The notes below the pieces were generated by a model. The model was given only the letters and a program-made list of their open reading frames with translations. It was not told the DNA's origin and searched no databases. Of a stretch of 64,000 bases of DNA, positions 40,096 through 57,558 are shown piece after piece. Numbering within the stretch: position 1 is the stretch's first letter; each line of letters opens with the position of its first letter. This DNA is from the human T2T-CHM13v2.0 reference genome, Homo sapiens. The stretch lies in the NCBI RefSeq assembly GCF_009914755.1, contig NC_060927.1. One strand, given 5' to 3'. A program made the position numbers and the translations under genes.

Positions 40096-40982
40096 TTTTA
40101 TTTTTAATTTTACTTTAAGTTCTGAGATACATGTGCTGAACATGCAGGTTTGTTACATAGGTATACATGTGCCATGGTGGTTTACTGCACCTATCAACCC
40201 ATCATCTAGGTTTTAAGCCCCACATGCATTAGGCATTTGTCCTAATGCTCTCCCTTCCCTTTCCCCCAACTCCCTGACAGGCCCTGGTGTGTGATGTTCC
40301 CCTCCCTGTGTCCAGGTGTTCTCATTGTTCAACTCCCACTTATGAGTGACAACATGCGGTGTTTGGTTTTCTGTTCTTGTGTTAGTTTGCTGAGGATGAT
40401 GGATTCCAGCTTTATCCATGTCCCTGCAAAGGACATAAACTCATTCTTTTTTATGGCTGCATAGTATTCCATGGTGTATATGTGCCACATTTTCTTTATC
40501 CAGTCTATCATTGATGGGCATTTGAGTTGGTTCCAAGTCTTTGCTATTTGTAAATAGTGCTTCAATAAACATGTGTGCATGTATCTTTATAGTAGAATGA
40601 TTTATAATCCTTTGGATATGTACCCAGTAATGAGATCGCTGAGTCAATTGGTATTTCTGGTTCTAGATCCTTGAGGAATCGCCATACTGTCTTCCACAAT
40701 GGTTGAACTAATTTATACTCCCACCAACAGTGTAAAAGTGTTCCTATTTCTCCACATCCTCTCCAGCATCTGTTGTTTCCTGACTTTTTAACAATTGCCA
40801 TTCTAACTGGCGTGAGATGGTATCTCATTGTGGTTTTGATTTGCATTTCTCTAATGACCAGTGATGATGAGCTTTTTTTTATGTTTTTGGCCACATATCT
40901 TCTTTTGAGAAGTGTCTGTTCATATCCTTCACCCACTTTTTGATGGGGTTGTTTGTTTTTTTGTTGTGAATTTGTTTAAGTT
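40096..40982 (-). mobile_element. 5'-truncated L1PA7-like element
   Basis: Perfect 15-bp TSD caaggaaccattctt at 40081-40095 and 40983-40997; ORF2 C-terminal peptides; taggttttaagcccc in the 3' UTR. Confidence 0.95.
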
Positions 40983-41269
40983 CAAGGAACCATTCTTGTC
41001 CTGTATTCATGTTGCAGATTTCTAATTGCCTACCCAATATTCTAATACTCCCTATTTGAATTCTCATCCATCAAGCCACTCTTTGGGATGATACTGTGAC
41101 TCAAGACTTGGTCTCTGAAAGGCCAATGTAACGTTCCACATTATTCGATTGTCCCAGGTGACACCTCAAACGTTCTCTCTCAAGATGAAATAAGTCACTT
41201 CGTTAATTAATTATTATTTTGGAAAATAATAAGAAACATGAAGAGAATGGAATAATGGAATTAGAGTTT

Positions 41270-41480
41270 CAGAAAGGCACCGTAGTGCAATGGAAGAACA
41301 CCATCTTTGTAGAGACTGCAAGCCCTTGGGCAAGCTATGCTAACTCTTTGAGCCTTAGTTTCTTCATCTGTGGTATGGGTATAATTATAGCTAACTTATA
41401 TAATTGAAGTGAGAATTAGAGATTATTATGTAAAATGCTTTGCACATAGTATGTATTAAATGTATGCTAGTAGTTATGAT
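41270..41480 (+). mobile_element. MIR
   Basis: ccttgggcaag...aactctttgagccttagtttcttcatctgt...gcacatagta. Confidence 0.75.
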
Positions 41481-41744
41481 TATGTAATTTTGTAGCTAAT
41501 CACCTAGGGCAGTCTTTTAACAATCAGAAAACACAAAAATTTAAGTAAATCATAATGTAATAATCTAGTGATACATAAAAACATTGCCTAAGAAGGGTCT
41601 TGCAGGACCTCTTTAATTCATAGATAACTAATTTATAATTTTCTTATATTTTAATCACCAATTATTTACATGTGAATATTGCTAAGTGCTTTAAATGTGT
41701 ATTCTTGTGCATATGAAATATCTCTCTAGATTATATGAATTATG

Positions 41745-44302
<2,558 letters not shown>

Positions 44303-44469
44303 GATTCGTTGGAAAATGGCAAGTGGCAATGTTTGTGGGTAGTAGGTAGTAGAGTGTGTGTGTTAGAGACTAACAGATGGTAGAGAGAAAGTGATAATAA
44401 CAAGCTTATTGGCAACTGGATTCTTTGAGAAGTACTCTCGGTGTGAAAGTAGAGTAATAATGATCTCTC

Positions 44470-45020
44470 TATCTAGATTTTAAAGCAGTTTACATAAATA
44501 ATTATATTTCAACCCCACAGTAACCTTGAGAGTTTGTAAAATGGGTAGATGTATTTATTATCACTTCATTCATGATCAAGTTGAGGCTCAGAATGATAAA
44601 CAGTTGCTCAAGGCCACATACCCAGTTAGTACAGAGCTACTGTAAACCTTAGCTCTTCTGACAACTAGTGCATCTCCTTAGTGGAGAGGGGGCAAGTTGT
44701 AGAAGAAATGAGATAATAAAGATAACCGTATATACTTAATTTTAACCATTGTGATATTATTTTCCAAAAATTATTTGGACAGAAGGAGATAACATAATCA
44801 AATTTTGCAAACAGCAGGGTGATGATTTAAGAGCCCATCTACCTTAGTTCAAATCAGCGTTTTACTACTTACTAGCTTTGTGAATTTGGGCAGGGTGCTT
44901 GATATCACTTTCTTCTGTGACATTAACTAAGAGTACTTGCCTCATATAGAAATTGTAAAGATAAAAAACAAAGTATAGAGACTGGCACATAATAAGAAAC
45001 ATGTAAGTGTTTGCTGTTCC
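44470..45020. mobile_element. Two MIR fragments in opposite orientation (about 44470-44690 on -, 44810-45020 on +)
   Basis: tgaggctcaga...gctcaaggccacataccc; agttcaaatc...acttactagctttgtgaatttgggcag...tggcacataataag. Confidence 0.65.
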
Positions 45021-46004
45021 AGATAGACTGTAAATAAGAGAATCAAGTGAAAATTATGAAACCTAATGTTAAGATAGCTGACTGCAAAATAAATCCAGAC
45101 AAAATCAAAAGCTTTTTTATAAAGTAGCAATGACCAGTTAAAACTATAATGAGAGGAACATTTCTGTTCTCAATAGCAATAAACTACAAAATAGCCAAGG
45201 ACATGAATGTGAAATATGTAGGAGCACTCCCTGTTGGACCTGTCTTTCCTCAACTTTACTCCTCCCACAAACACATATCCAAAGGCTACACAGAAAACCC
45301 AAAAGCACCAGTACGGGTCTGATGCGAAAATACTTCCACAAAGGAAAGAAGCATTTGTTACGTGCAAAACAAAGATCAAGAATTGTTTCAGTCAACAAAA
45401 CTCCAAACTTGAGGCATTAGACAACACAGTTCTGTAAATCAAGAGCTGAAAGAAATGCAAGAGAGAATGAGAAGCAAAGCCAAGAAAGTCCAGAAGGAAA
45501 ATAAAACTGTTACAAAACTAAAACCTAAATTAGAAGCAGCTAGATATATGTAAATCTTGTGAAAAATAGAGTTTTGATTTAGAGGATGGCTTTGGGAAAA
45601 AAATCACATAGAATGCAGACTACAAAGAAAAGAGAGAGAAGTGGTAAGAAAGTATAATAATAATGAAAAACAGACAACAGAAAAACAGCAAAGGGCTAAG
45701 TAAAATTTCTGAAAAAAAAAAGAACAAAAGGAACTGAAAATAAATATAAAACATTTATTTCTTTGATCTCAAACTGTTAGTAATTTCAAGATGCACCGCC
45801 AATTTAAAAATTAATTTTGGAGGAATAGAAGAAAACCATAAAATATTAAATGAATATGTCACTTATATTTATAGTTGAAAAAGATTAAAATGTGAAAAAG
45901 ACGCATCTTTTAATTAAAGAAATGTGGAATTAGATGAAAGCCTTCCCAAAGTAAAAGAACATCTGAATTCACAGATCAAAAGTCTCACCATGTTCTGGAT
46001 AAGG

Positions 46005-46135
46005 GAAGAAAAGAAAGAGAGAAGTAGAGAAAGCAAGAAAAGCAAGCAAACAAGAAAGAAAAGAAAAGAACAAAAAAAGAAAAGAAGAAAGAGAAAGAAA
46101 GGGGAAGGAAGGAAGGAAAGAAGGAAGGAAGGAAG
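46005..46135. repeat. Purine-rich (GAAA/GGAA)n low-complexity tract
   Basis: Seen directly. Confidence 0.9.
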
Positions 46136-46451
46136 ATTAGCATGATGATATTTAAGGATAAAGGATAAAATATCCAAGCAGGAAAGAAAAAATAAATTAC
46201 ACTAGCTGTATAAATTGTCTCAGCAACATCAGATTCCAGAAGAGAATGAAAGTGGGTTCCAATTAATGTAAGAACCTTAGCGGGAAAAGGAAATGAATGG
46301 GACCCAAGATTTCTATAGCCACATTCTATATGTGGCTTGTGTTATATTTCTATTAAACAGCAGTGATTTAGATTGCTCTAGACAGCAAGTTGAAAAAATG
46401 TCAGATACATCATTGGGTATGCAAAACCCCACTACGTAGAACCCAATCCCT

Positions 46452-46605
46452 TCTTACTCAAAGTGTTTTCCGAGAACCAACATTCTCTAGGGGCTTATTA
46501 AAAATGCAGAACTCAGGGCTCACTCCAAAGCTGCTGAATCAGAGTCTACATTTTAATAAGATGCCCAGTTAATTCATACGCACGTTAAAGCTTGAGAAAC
46601 ACTTT
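46452..46605. mobile_element. MER5-type MITE
   Basis: tactcaaagtgt...aaatgcaga...ctgaatcagagtctacattttaataagatgccc...gcttgagaaacact. Confidence 0.75.
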
Positions 46606-46807
46606 CTTAATTAACCACTTCCTAAAAGAGTCACTTCCTAGAAGTACTACTTGAAGAGTCATCTAGCCCAGAGCTTCACAGCTGGTGTGCTTTGTAAGAA
46701 CTATGATAGGCTGAGACATTGATCTCTTTAGCCTGGGACTCTGGGATGGAAGGCCATGGGCTAAGGACCTGAATAATATTGTAATTTCCTGCGTGTTCCA
46801 TGATTTA

Positions 46808-47125
46808 TAGCTGTGCTATCCAGTATGGTAGCCACTCACTGTATTGGCTACTGGCCATTTGAAATGTAGCTAGACTGAGTTGAGATGTGCCATAGAAGTA
46901 AAATACACAGCAGATTTTGAGGACTTAGTATTAATAAAGTAAAATATCTCATTAATAATTTTTATATTGGTTATACATAGAAATTGTAATACTTTAGATA
47001 TATTGGGTTAAGTAAAATATATTATTTAATTAATTTCACCTTTTTTTTACTTTTGTTAATGTGCTACCAAAAAAATTAAAATTACATACACAGTTTGCAT
47101 TGTGTTTCTATCCAATAGTGCTGAT
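46808..47125. mobile_element. MER33/MER3-type hAT-Charlie MITE
   Basis: ctgtgctatccagtatggtagccact...gaaatgtagctag...gtaaaatacac...ttagatatattgggttaagtaaaatatatt. Confidence 0.75.
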
Positions 47126-48466
47126 GTGGGTTGCTTTGTATGGCAAAAAGAAGAATCAAAATTAAAAACCTATAATAGATACAAACTGGGAGTGCACATT
47201 CTATTTAAATTTTAAAATAAACTTGAAATAACTGTGGTATTATAATCACAAAGCAAGAATTACACTTCTTGAAAGAAAAGCTATGATATAAAAATCCCTA
47301 AAATTTAAAAGATAATTTCATGATAATAGATTGAGAGATTCCTCTTGCCCCTATAAAACACAAACAAAAAATTAAAGAAGAGAAAGGAAAAGTAAGCAGA
47401 CTAATTTTATCTTTCATAGGTGGAAGTTATCAATATTATTTTATTTCTAAAGTTGATGAATTTGGAAATAAAAGTTAAAACATTTTATTTACAAATTATT
47501 TTACCAGTTTACCCTAAGTGAAAATTAGAGAGAGATATATACACCTCTCAAATACTTAGGGTAAACTAGTAAAATTTTACACACACACACACACTTAGGG
47601 TAAACTAGTAAAATAAAAAATATATATACCCACACACATAAAGTTAATGATTAATGAAAGGGAAATAGAAAATGAATGGAAACGTGATAAGGCAAAATAA
47701 ATTAAACAAAACAAATAGTAGTGGAAAGTAAAGAATTATGTATTTAAAAGAGATGACAGACGTAAGCCCAAACATATATTTTGTAATATAAAATAGAAAG
47801 AGTTTAAGTCCTTACTTTAAAAAAAAAGGAATCACAGATCTGATCAAAAAGCTGAATCCAGCCACACACTATCTACAATAGATACAACCAAAACAAAAGA
47901 GATTTGATAAGTTGCTTATAAAAGACATACTACCCAAGAGGAAGCAGGGTTTATGATGTTATATCAGAAAATGTTGAGGTCAATAAAAACTATATTAAAT
48001 TGAGGTGTAGTGCATACTTTTTTCTGCCCTCCTCTTCCTTTTTTTGCATCTTCTTTTTTTCAACCAAGATTTATGAAGTTTTAACTATTGACCAGGTACC
48101 GACAGAAATTGAGGATACAACAGTGGGCCAAAGCAGACAGTGATGGCGCAAGCGATAATCAAAAGTCAGATAATCATGGTAAACAAGTTATGAATATGTT
48201 CCACATTGAAGAGATAACTGTCATAAACCTTATGAAATAACTAGCATGGTGTAGAAATGCATAAAGCAGAAACTGCAGGAAATAAGAGAATTGATGAAAA
48301 TATAGTTGTAGGGGAAATGTTGAGACACTCATATTAGTCCTTGAGAGTTAAGATAGGCAAAAATAAATAAAGATGAACTAATAGACTAATAATGAACTCT
48401 ATCATCAGGAGCAAATATTGTTTCTTTTCTAGCATTTATTAAGCATTTCAAAAACTGAGCGTTATA

Positions 48467-48551
48467 TTAGGTCAGTACAAAAGTAATTGCGGTTTTGCCA
48501 TTAAAAGTAAAAGTAATAGCAAAAACCTCAATTACTTTTGCACCGACCTAA
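48467..48551. mobile_element. MADE1 (Hsmar1-derived mariner MITE)
   Basis: Palindrome ttaggtcagtacaaaagtaattgcggttttgcc...gcaaaaacctcaattacttttgcaccgacctaa with TA TSDs. Confidence 0.95.
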
Positions 48552-49896
48552 TATATACTAGGTTATATATAGGGGAAACTTTGACATATTCCAGAAAAGA
48601 GTACAGACTACATTCTCTAACCACAATGCATTAAAACCAAAAGTAACTAATAAAAGAGCTACATTCACACTGAAAAATAAAACAACTCCAATAAAACAAC
48701 CAAATCAAAATGGAAAATCTCTTGATTTTCAATTGAAGAAATTGAAAATGCAGTCACTTGAAAAATTTCAAACCATAATTGAGGAATATCTGGCCTGTAG
48801 TAATGATGAGCAGGCTTGCATGTCAAAGCTGATGCTGTACTCAGGAAAATGCGTTGCCTCAAAAAGCTCTTATTACCACATAGGAAAGAATAGAAATGGA
48901 TTAATCATTCAATTCAACAAGTTAGGGGTAAAGCAAAACAAACCTATGTAAAATAGAATGAAGTAAAAATAAACACAGAAAATTGAGAATTAAGACAAAG
49001 AATACCAAAAGAATTGATTAGTAAATGAAAAATGTCTTTTGGGAAAAACTCACAGTAAACAGTATAATTTACTAGTTACCATAATCCAGACAAAAAGGAA
49101 GAATGAAAACAAATGTATTCTCTATGAATGAGAAATTAGACATAACCCTAGAGAGTAGAAAAAAAGGGGGAATAATTTATTTGACTTTACAATAAACAAT
49201 TTGAAACCAGGATGAAATGGAAAATGATAGGAGGGCACATGAATGATAACTGCAAAATCTAACTAAAGAAGCAACAGAAAATCTAAGTGGCTGGTAACCT
49301 GGAAGGAACTGAGAATTGCTGAAAGCTGACACTTTTGGCCTTGTCGGTATATGGGTAATTCCTTTCAAAACTCCCAATAACTGGCAATTGCTCTGTCACT
49401 TAAAATGTTTAGAACAAAGAGAAAGAAGAAAAGCTTCCAGATCATTTTTATGAATCCAACATGATTGATACCTGGCAAAGATAGCTCACACACACAAAAA
49501 TAATAGGCATTCTCACCTTTGAACAATAATGCAAAATTCCCGAATCAAATATTAGCAAGTAAAATTCAACAGCACATAAAAGGAAATGTAGGATAATGAA
49601 GTGGAATTTATTTTAGAAAAGCAAAAGTCATTCAATATTAATAACTCTATTCACGAATATTTTGTAAATAAAGTTCAATATATGGTTATATTTGAAAAGA
49701 AAAAGCATATGTGATCATTGTAGTAGATGCTGAAAAGGTATTCGGCAAGGTAAAATTTAGCAGCCATTCTTGATTTTCTTAAATCTTAGGTTAAAATAAG
49801 AAGAAATATTTTAACATAATTAGAAATATATATTATAAACCAACTGCCATCATAACATGTGTAATGAAGAAAACACTTAAAATATTACTATTAACT

Positions 49897-50327
<431 letters not shown>

Positions 50328-51284
50328 TTAAAATGAGAATATACTGGAAAAGTCTAAGCAAGCCAACAAGAAAGTTCAGCAAAGTGGTCAATATAAATAA
50401 TTTAGTAACATGAGTAAGAGAAAAGATTCAATTTACAATAGCAACAAATATAAAACATCTAGGACTGTGTATATTCATAATATATCAAGAGCACATAAAA
50501 ATAAATGCAAAGACAAGCACTCACAGGCAAAATGGTCAAAAATCTTAAGTGTACAGTTCATAGAAAAATACCTTTCCCAATCTCACTAGTAATTATAGAA
50601 ATGCAAATTCAAAGAGCCATGTGGTAATGTGGAATTTTTTCCCCCCAATCAGGATTCCAAAACTTCAAAAGTATGTTGTGAGAGTGTGGGGAAATAAGGA
50701 CTTCCATATGTTCCTGAGGGAAAATATGATTTGGCATACCTTTTTGCTGCAGTTGTCTAATATTGGCCATAATTTTAGATATACATTCGTTTTGACCCCA
50801 AATTTCCATTCCTAGTAAGTGATCCTTTAGAAATATAATACTTCTTCCACTGTGCAATGTTGTTTATTGCAACATTGTTTGGAATTGTGAAAAAGTTGGA
50901 AACAATCTAAATATCTATTTATAAAGAATTGATTAAATAAACATTGATATAAAGAAGTACTATGCAGCTGTTAAGATGAATGAAGTAGATACAAGAGTGA
51001 TATTAAAAATAGTCAACAATGAGTAGGCATTGACTAATCAGAATGGATGTTGATTTCAACTAGTGTGGTCAATCCAGTCTGTGACAATTTTTAAGGACTT
51101 TCAAATGGTTAAATACATATAGAAATAGATTGACAGTTAATATGATTATTAATACAGTATGAATGAGGTAGGTACATTTAGGAAGAATATTTGAGCCATC
51201 AATTGTTTTTAAAATTTAAGAAACAATGCCAGGCAGAATAATAGAGATTATATAACAATACTAAACATGTATAATTGTTTTGTG

Positions 51285-51840
51285 CAGGTTTAACAACTTG
51301 CTACCTAATAAAGTTTTGTTGGAGCACAGCCATGCAGGGCCAATTTATCCATTAGGCACAGTTTTTTAGAAGCCTATGAAATGTTTAATTTAAAAAAAAT
51401 TAGAAGAAAAATGAATATTTAGGTCAAAAATTGTTTATTTTTTTCTCACACAAGGAAAAAAATGTAATTTTTAGGACTCATAAGTCTATTAAATTTTGCC
51501 TAAAACAGAAATAAATTAAATTTTAAAGTATTTAAAGTTATATCAAAAATAATTTTTAATTTATTTTATTATGGTAAGAGAATCCTATAAAGCAAAAGTG
51601 TATAGGACCTACAGCAAAAATAATTTTTTAATTCATTTTATTATGAGAGGATCCCATAAGGCAAAAGTGTGTAGGACCCGCAGAAGTCATAGGTGGTTCT
51701 GCAGTCATGCTTGTTTGTTTACATATTTTCTGTGGCTGCTTTTGGAAGGGCAAAATTGAGTAGTATATTTTTCCTAGAGACGGTCTGGCCTACAAAGCCT
51801 GAAATATTTACTTACTTTTTCTTTACAGAAAAGTTTAGCT
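51285..51840 (+). mobile_element. MER58A-like hAT MITE, split by an insertion
   Basis: aataaagttttgttggagcacagccatg // ttgtttacatattttctgtggctgct...aaagcctgaaatatttac...tttacagaaaagttt. Confidence 0.75.
51335..51701. mobile_element. hAT MITE (MER96B-like)
   Basis: Termini cagggcc / ggttctg; ttatccattaggcacag; 8-bp TSD cagccatg/cagtcatg. Confidence 0.7.
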
Positions 51841-52789
51841 TAGTATATTAGCACTCATGATATTACAGAAAGTTATCTTTATGAAGTGGATTTTATTTTT
51901 AGTTATTTACTTCCACCTAGACCATTAATTTTCAAGAAAAATTCTACTTTTGAATTGTTCACAATTCATGACCGTTTGTTATGGGGGAATGACAACTACA
52001 TCAGCTCAAAATTTTAAGACAAGGAAAATTACCAAATAACCAATATTTATATTAAATCATTTTCATACCAAACACCAGAAAGAATATAAAGAGAATGAAG
52101 AAAAAAAGGAAGTTTTATGGGAAAAATCCCCAATAGATCTCCAAATTACATGCTCTTCCTAGACATCAACTGCAAACGAGCATCTGCTTAGTGTGGCATA
52201 AATGTAATGCAGTGGCTTCAAGAACAATCCAGCAGGTACCAGTGCTGAGAATATTGTTCCTGTACTCTAATGCCAATTTTTAATAATTTTGCTATTAAAG
52301 TTTTAATAAAATGATAATAATTTACACATTTGGGGTAAAACTTCTGATTTATTCTTGGATTCTTCAAATTCATATTATGAGGGGGATATTTAAGCTTAGG
52401 CCGGTTTTGATCATATACTGATTTTAAGATGCAGGCAGCATTCGACTAATGTAGATTATGATTCATTTATGCAGAGGGAAACCTTCTGGAAGAATACATC
52501 CAAACCAGTAGGAGTTTTATTACGTCTCTAGGGAATGGGAATATGTATCATTTGTGGTGAAAGCAGTCCATGCAGCCACGAAGGTGAAGATTGCTACTGA
52601 CATTGATTAACATTGCTTGCTCATTGGGGATAATAAAGCAGGCCAAGTTTGTTCTGTTATTATTTTTAAAGGCTCTGTGCACACCTTTATTGCTAGTCCA
52701 GACTACTACCATAGCCCTTTGTTTGTTATACCATTCTTATGATAAAATCATTCATCATCCAAACTGTGCACTTAACAAAGTCAACCCTT

Positions 52790-54237
52790 TTGAGATATAA
52801 TTTATATATAATATAATGCATCAATTTTAAGTGTACTATTGGAACTGTTTGGCAAATGCATATTTCCATGTAACCATAATCAGTATAGAGAGCATTTCCA
52901 TAATCCCAAAAAGTCTCTCGTGCCCAAACTGATGTTCTATTTAAGTTCACAGCAAAATTGAGCAACAAGTACAAAGTTCCTATATGCCCCCCTACCCTAA
53001 ACACATGAGGCCTCCCCTGCTATCAATATCCTGCACCAACATGGTACATTTATTACAATCGATGAACCTACACTGACACATCATTATCATCCAAAGTCCA
53101 AAGTTTATGTTAGGGTTCACTCTTGGGAATGTACATTTGGTGAATTTTGGCAAATGTATAATGACATGTATCCATTATGATAGGATCAGACAGAATAGTT
53201 TTTAAAAATCGTCTGTGCTCCACCTGTTCATCCCTCCATACCTCCTAACCACTGACAGCCACAAATCTTTTTACTGTCTTTGTAGTTTTACCCTTTCCAG
53301 AATGTCATACAGTTGTAAAAATACAGTATATAGCCTTTTCAGATTGGCTTCTTTCATTTATTAATATGCATTTAAGGTTCATGTCTCTTAATGGCTTGAT
53401 AGTATATTTCATTTTAGTCCTAAATAATCTATTGGCCTGAATATACCATAGTTCATCTGTTCACCAGCTAAAAGGCATATTGTTTGCTTCCAAGTTTTGG
53501 CAATTATCAATAAGGCTGAACATCCACGTGTAGTTTTTTGTATGGATGTAAGTTTTCAACTCATTTGGGTAAATACCAGGAAGCGTGATTGCTGGATTGT
53601 ATGGGATGAATATGTTTAGTTTTGTAAGAAACTATTGAATTGTCTTCCAAAGTGGCTGTGCCATTTTGCATTAATCCCTGTCAGCAGTAAATGAGAGTTC
53701 CTATTGTTTCACATTCTTGCCAGCATTTGGTGTTGTCAGTGTTTTGGATTTTCACCATACTAATGGGTGTGTAGTAGCATCTTACTCTTTTAATTTGCAA
53801 TTCCGTAATGACATATGATGTTAACCATTTTTTCATATGCTTGTTAGCCATCTGCATGTCTTCTTCGATGAGAAGTCTGTTCAGATATTTTGTTTTCTTA
53901 TTGTTGAGTTTTCAGAGTTCTTTGTATATTTTGGGTAATAGTCCTTTATTGGATATGTCTTTTGCAAACCTTCCCCTGCCTACCAATCTGTGGCTTGTTT
54001 TCTCATTTTGTTGACAGTGCCCTTCATAAAGCATGACATTTTAATGTTAATGAAGTACAGTTCATTAATTATTTTTTTTCATGGATCTTGTCTTTGGTGT
54101 TGTATTTCATAAGTCGTTGCCAAACCCAATGTCATCTAGATTTTCTCCTATGTTATATTCTAGGAGCTTATGGTTTTGCATTTTGCATTTAGGTCTGTGA
54201 CCCATTTTGAGATAATTTTTGGGAAGGGTGTAAGGTT

Positions 54238-54273
<36 letters not shown>

Positions 54274-54288
54274 TCTCTGTCTCTCTCC

Positions 54289-54324
<36 letters not shown>

Positions 54325-56050
54325 TTTTTGCATGTGGATGTCTGGTTGTTTCAGCACTGTTTGTTGAAAAAACTGTCTTTGCTCCATTGTATAGCATTTG
54401 CTGCTTTGTCAAAGACCAGTTGACTGTATTTGTGCAGGTCTATTTCTGGGCTCTCCAGACTGTTCCATTGATTTGTCTATTCTTTCACCAGTACTACACT
54501 GTCTTGATTACTGTAGCTTTACAGAAGGTCTTGAAGTCAGGAAGTGTCAGTCCTCCAACTTTGTTCTTCTCCTTTAAAATTGTATTGTTTATTCTGAGTC
54601 TTTTGCCTCTTCATATAAACTTTAGAATCAGTTTGTCAATATCAAAATAACTTGCTGACATTGATTGGGATTGTGTTAAATCTACAGATCAATTTGGGAA
54701 GAACTGACATCTTGACAGTACTGAGTCTTTCTATCCATGAACATGGAATATCTCTAATGCCCCTCTTTATCTCTGATAACTTCCCTGGCTCTGAAGTTTT
54801 CTCTGTCTGAAATTAATATGGTTACTCCTGCTTTCTTTTAATTAGCATTAGCATGGTATATCTTTCTCTATCCAATTTCTTTTAATCTACATTTATCTAT
54901 ATTTAAACAGGTTCCTTGAAGAGAACATATATTCAATGTGTTTTAATTTCTGACAATCTCTTTTAGTTGTGCATTTAAACCATTATAGTGATTATTGATA
55001 CAGATGCATTAATATCTACCATATTTGTTACTATATTCTATTTGTTGCCTTTGTTTTTTGTTCCAATTTTGTCTTCTACTCTTTTCTGTTTTTTTGTGGT
55101 TTTAGTTGAGCATTTTAGGATTCAATTCTCTCTCCTTACTTAGCATATCAGTTATACTTCATTCTTTAGTGGTTGCTCTAGAGTTTGCATTTATAACTAA
55201 TCCAAGTATACTTTCAAATATCACTATACTGCTTCACAGGTAGTGCAAATAACTTATAATAACAAAATAATTCAAATTCACCCTTACTCATCCTGTAAAT
55301 AGGACTTTAATGATGTAGTGGCAGATTTAGTGGTAAGGTATGGAGTGAGAAGAAGCATTCTATAGTTCTCTGATTAGGTTTCAGTCCTTTAGTGAGCCTG
55401 TGTTCCCGAGCTATGAACTTTACAAATGCCTCTCATCCTCTCTTCCACCACTCTTGGGAGGGACAGGATGGTGTAATGGGGACTAGAGTTGGGTATTTCC
55501 TTTCGTCTAGGCCAGCTAGATTCTGATAAAACCCCAGCAGGTTGAGTTCTGGTGAAATAGTTTCTCTTGAGAACATGCCTTGTTAAGAAGAACAGTGTGC
55601 TGTGGTGTATTTAAAAATGGTTTCCATTCCCCTCACCCTGCTGAATAATGAGAAATTTTTTCTTTTATCTTTACTGTGAGAGTTTGATAGAGCTCCCTGA
55701 GGTAAAACTTAACGAAAGTGTGGGTGCCACTTTAACACTTGCTTTTCTGGAATTTTTAACTATTAGACTTGTCCACATTGCACCTCCAGCCATTTGTCAA
55801 TTACACTTCAAGTTTTCCTACCCCAGCACTGGTTCCTGCAAAGGTTTCAGCTCATGAGTTTCTGCTCCAATAAATTGTACTTGTGATTTTCTGTATCCTC
55901 CTGTCTGTCTCTTCAATTTTGGGGCAGTGGTTTTCCCTGTGACAAAGAAAAATTGTTAATTTTCAGTTTGCTTAGTTTTTCACTTGTTTTTAGGATGGAG
56001 TGACAACTTACTTCCAAGCTACCACACAGCAAACTAGAAACCATAGTCCC
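52790..56050 (-). mobile_element. Old L1 (L1MC/MD-like) with internal deletions
   Basis: Antisense 3' UTR (acattatcatccaaagtcc...tagggttcactcttgg) and ORF2 (ccattgatttgtct...gtcttgattactgtagcttta), then EN/5' remnants. Confidence 0.75.
54243..54329. repeat. Compound (TC)n(TA)n(T)n microsatellite
   Basis: Seen directly. Confidence 0.95.
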
Positions 56051-57160
56051 AGGGCAATTTTAAGAGATAACTAAGGTGCTATTAATCGTTGCACTGGGAC
56101 CACAGTCATAAACTGGCACTGTCCTGGGAAGCCACATATTATATTTGTGATTTTTTTCTCAAATTTTTATGTTTGCTTTACTTCAGAAAAATAATTTCTA
56201 ATTTAAGAATGAACCAAAAATATCCTCGACCCCACATCTTAGAAATAAATGCATATGACATTTTAAAAAATTGGGATCATACTCTGCATAACCATTTCTG
56301 CATTTCCCCCTAACCTACTATATCCTTTAAGGTTAGCAGGCATTTACTTGCTTTGCATTGTATTAGGACAACCCCAAAGTAGAAGAAAACATGGTACCTT
56401 CTCTCAAAAGTTTCAGTGGAGATAGCACTACCAAACATATACACACAAATAAACAGTACAGCTAAATAGAGTATACATCTTAGCTATTAAAAAATGGTGA
56501 TGGTGATGTAGACTGAGTGTTTGGGGCAGATGGAAATATGGAGGATTAGACAGAGGCTGCAGTAGTCAGAGAGCAGGCGGGTCTAGTTCTGAAGTATAAT
56601 TAGGATTTGAGTTTGCACTTAAGAAAAGCGCAAAGTCCTTCAGCCTTGAAGCAGAGGGAAAAACGATGTGGATACTATGATGCCTGGTCAGGTGCAAAGG
56701 GACTAGGAATTCGAGATCTCTCCAGTGAGTCTTGTTCTGCAAAGTTGCAGCAGGAAAGAACCATCAATAGAGGCCCTAATATTGGATATCCCAGCAGGTC
56801 TGGTATCCAGGCATTTTCAAAGGTTGTCAATTGAATTCTGGTCAGGATTCTTTTTGCTCATGTATTAGTAAAACCCAACCCAAACTAGCTCAAACACAAA
56901 ATAGAATTTATTGACTGAGACACCTGAAAAGTCGAGGGATTGATCAGGCTGATCAAGGTGCTCAGTTGATGTCATCAAAGATACATCTCTCTTGATCTTG
57001 GGATTCTTCTTCATGGTGGCAAAACCTGTATACTGGCTGATTCTCTCTGACTTTGATGGTGTAGGTCAGGTGCTCATTGTTGGATCAATCACAGTGACTG
57101 TAGCAATGCTGGCCTAAGCCAGGTGTACTTTCCTGGAGTAGGAGTGAGGTCAAGATTTAA

Positions 57161-57558
<398 letters not shown>

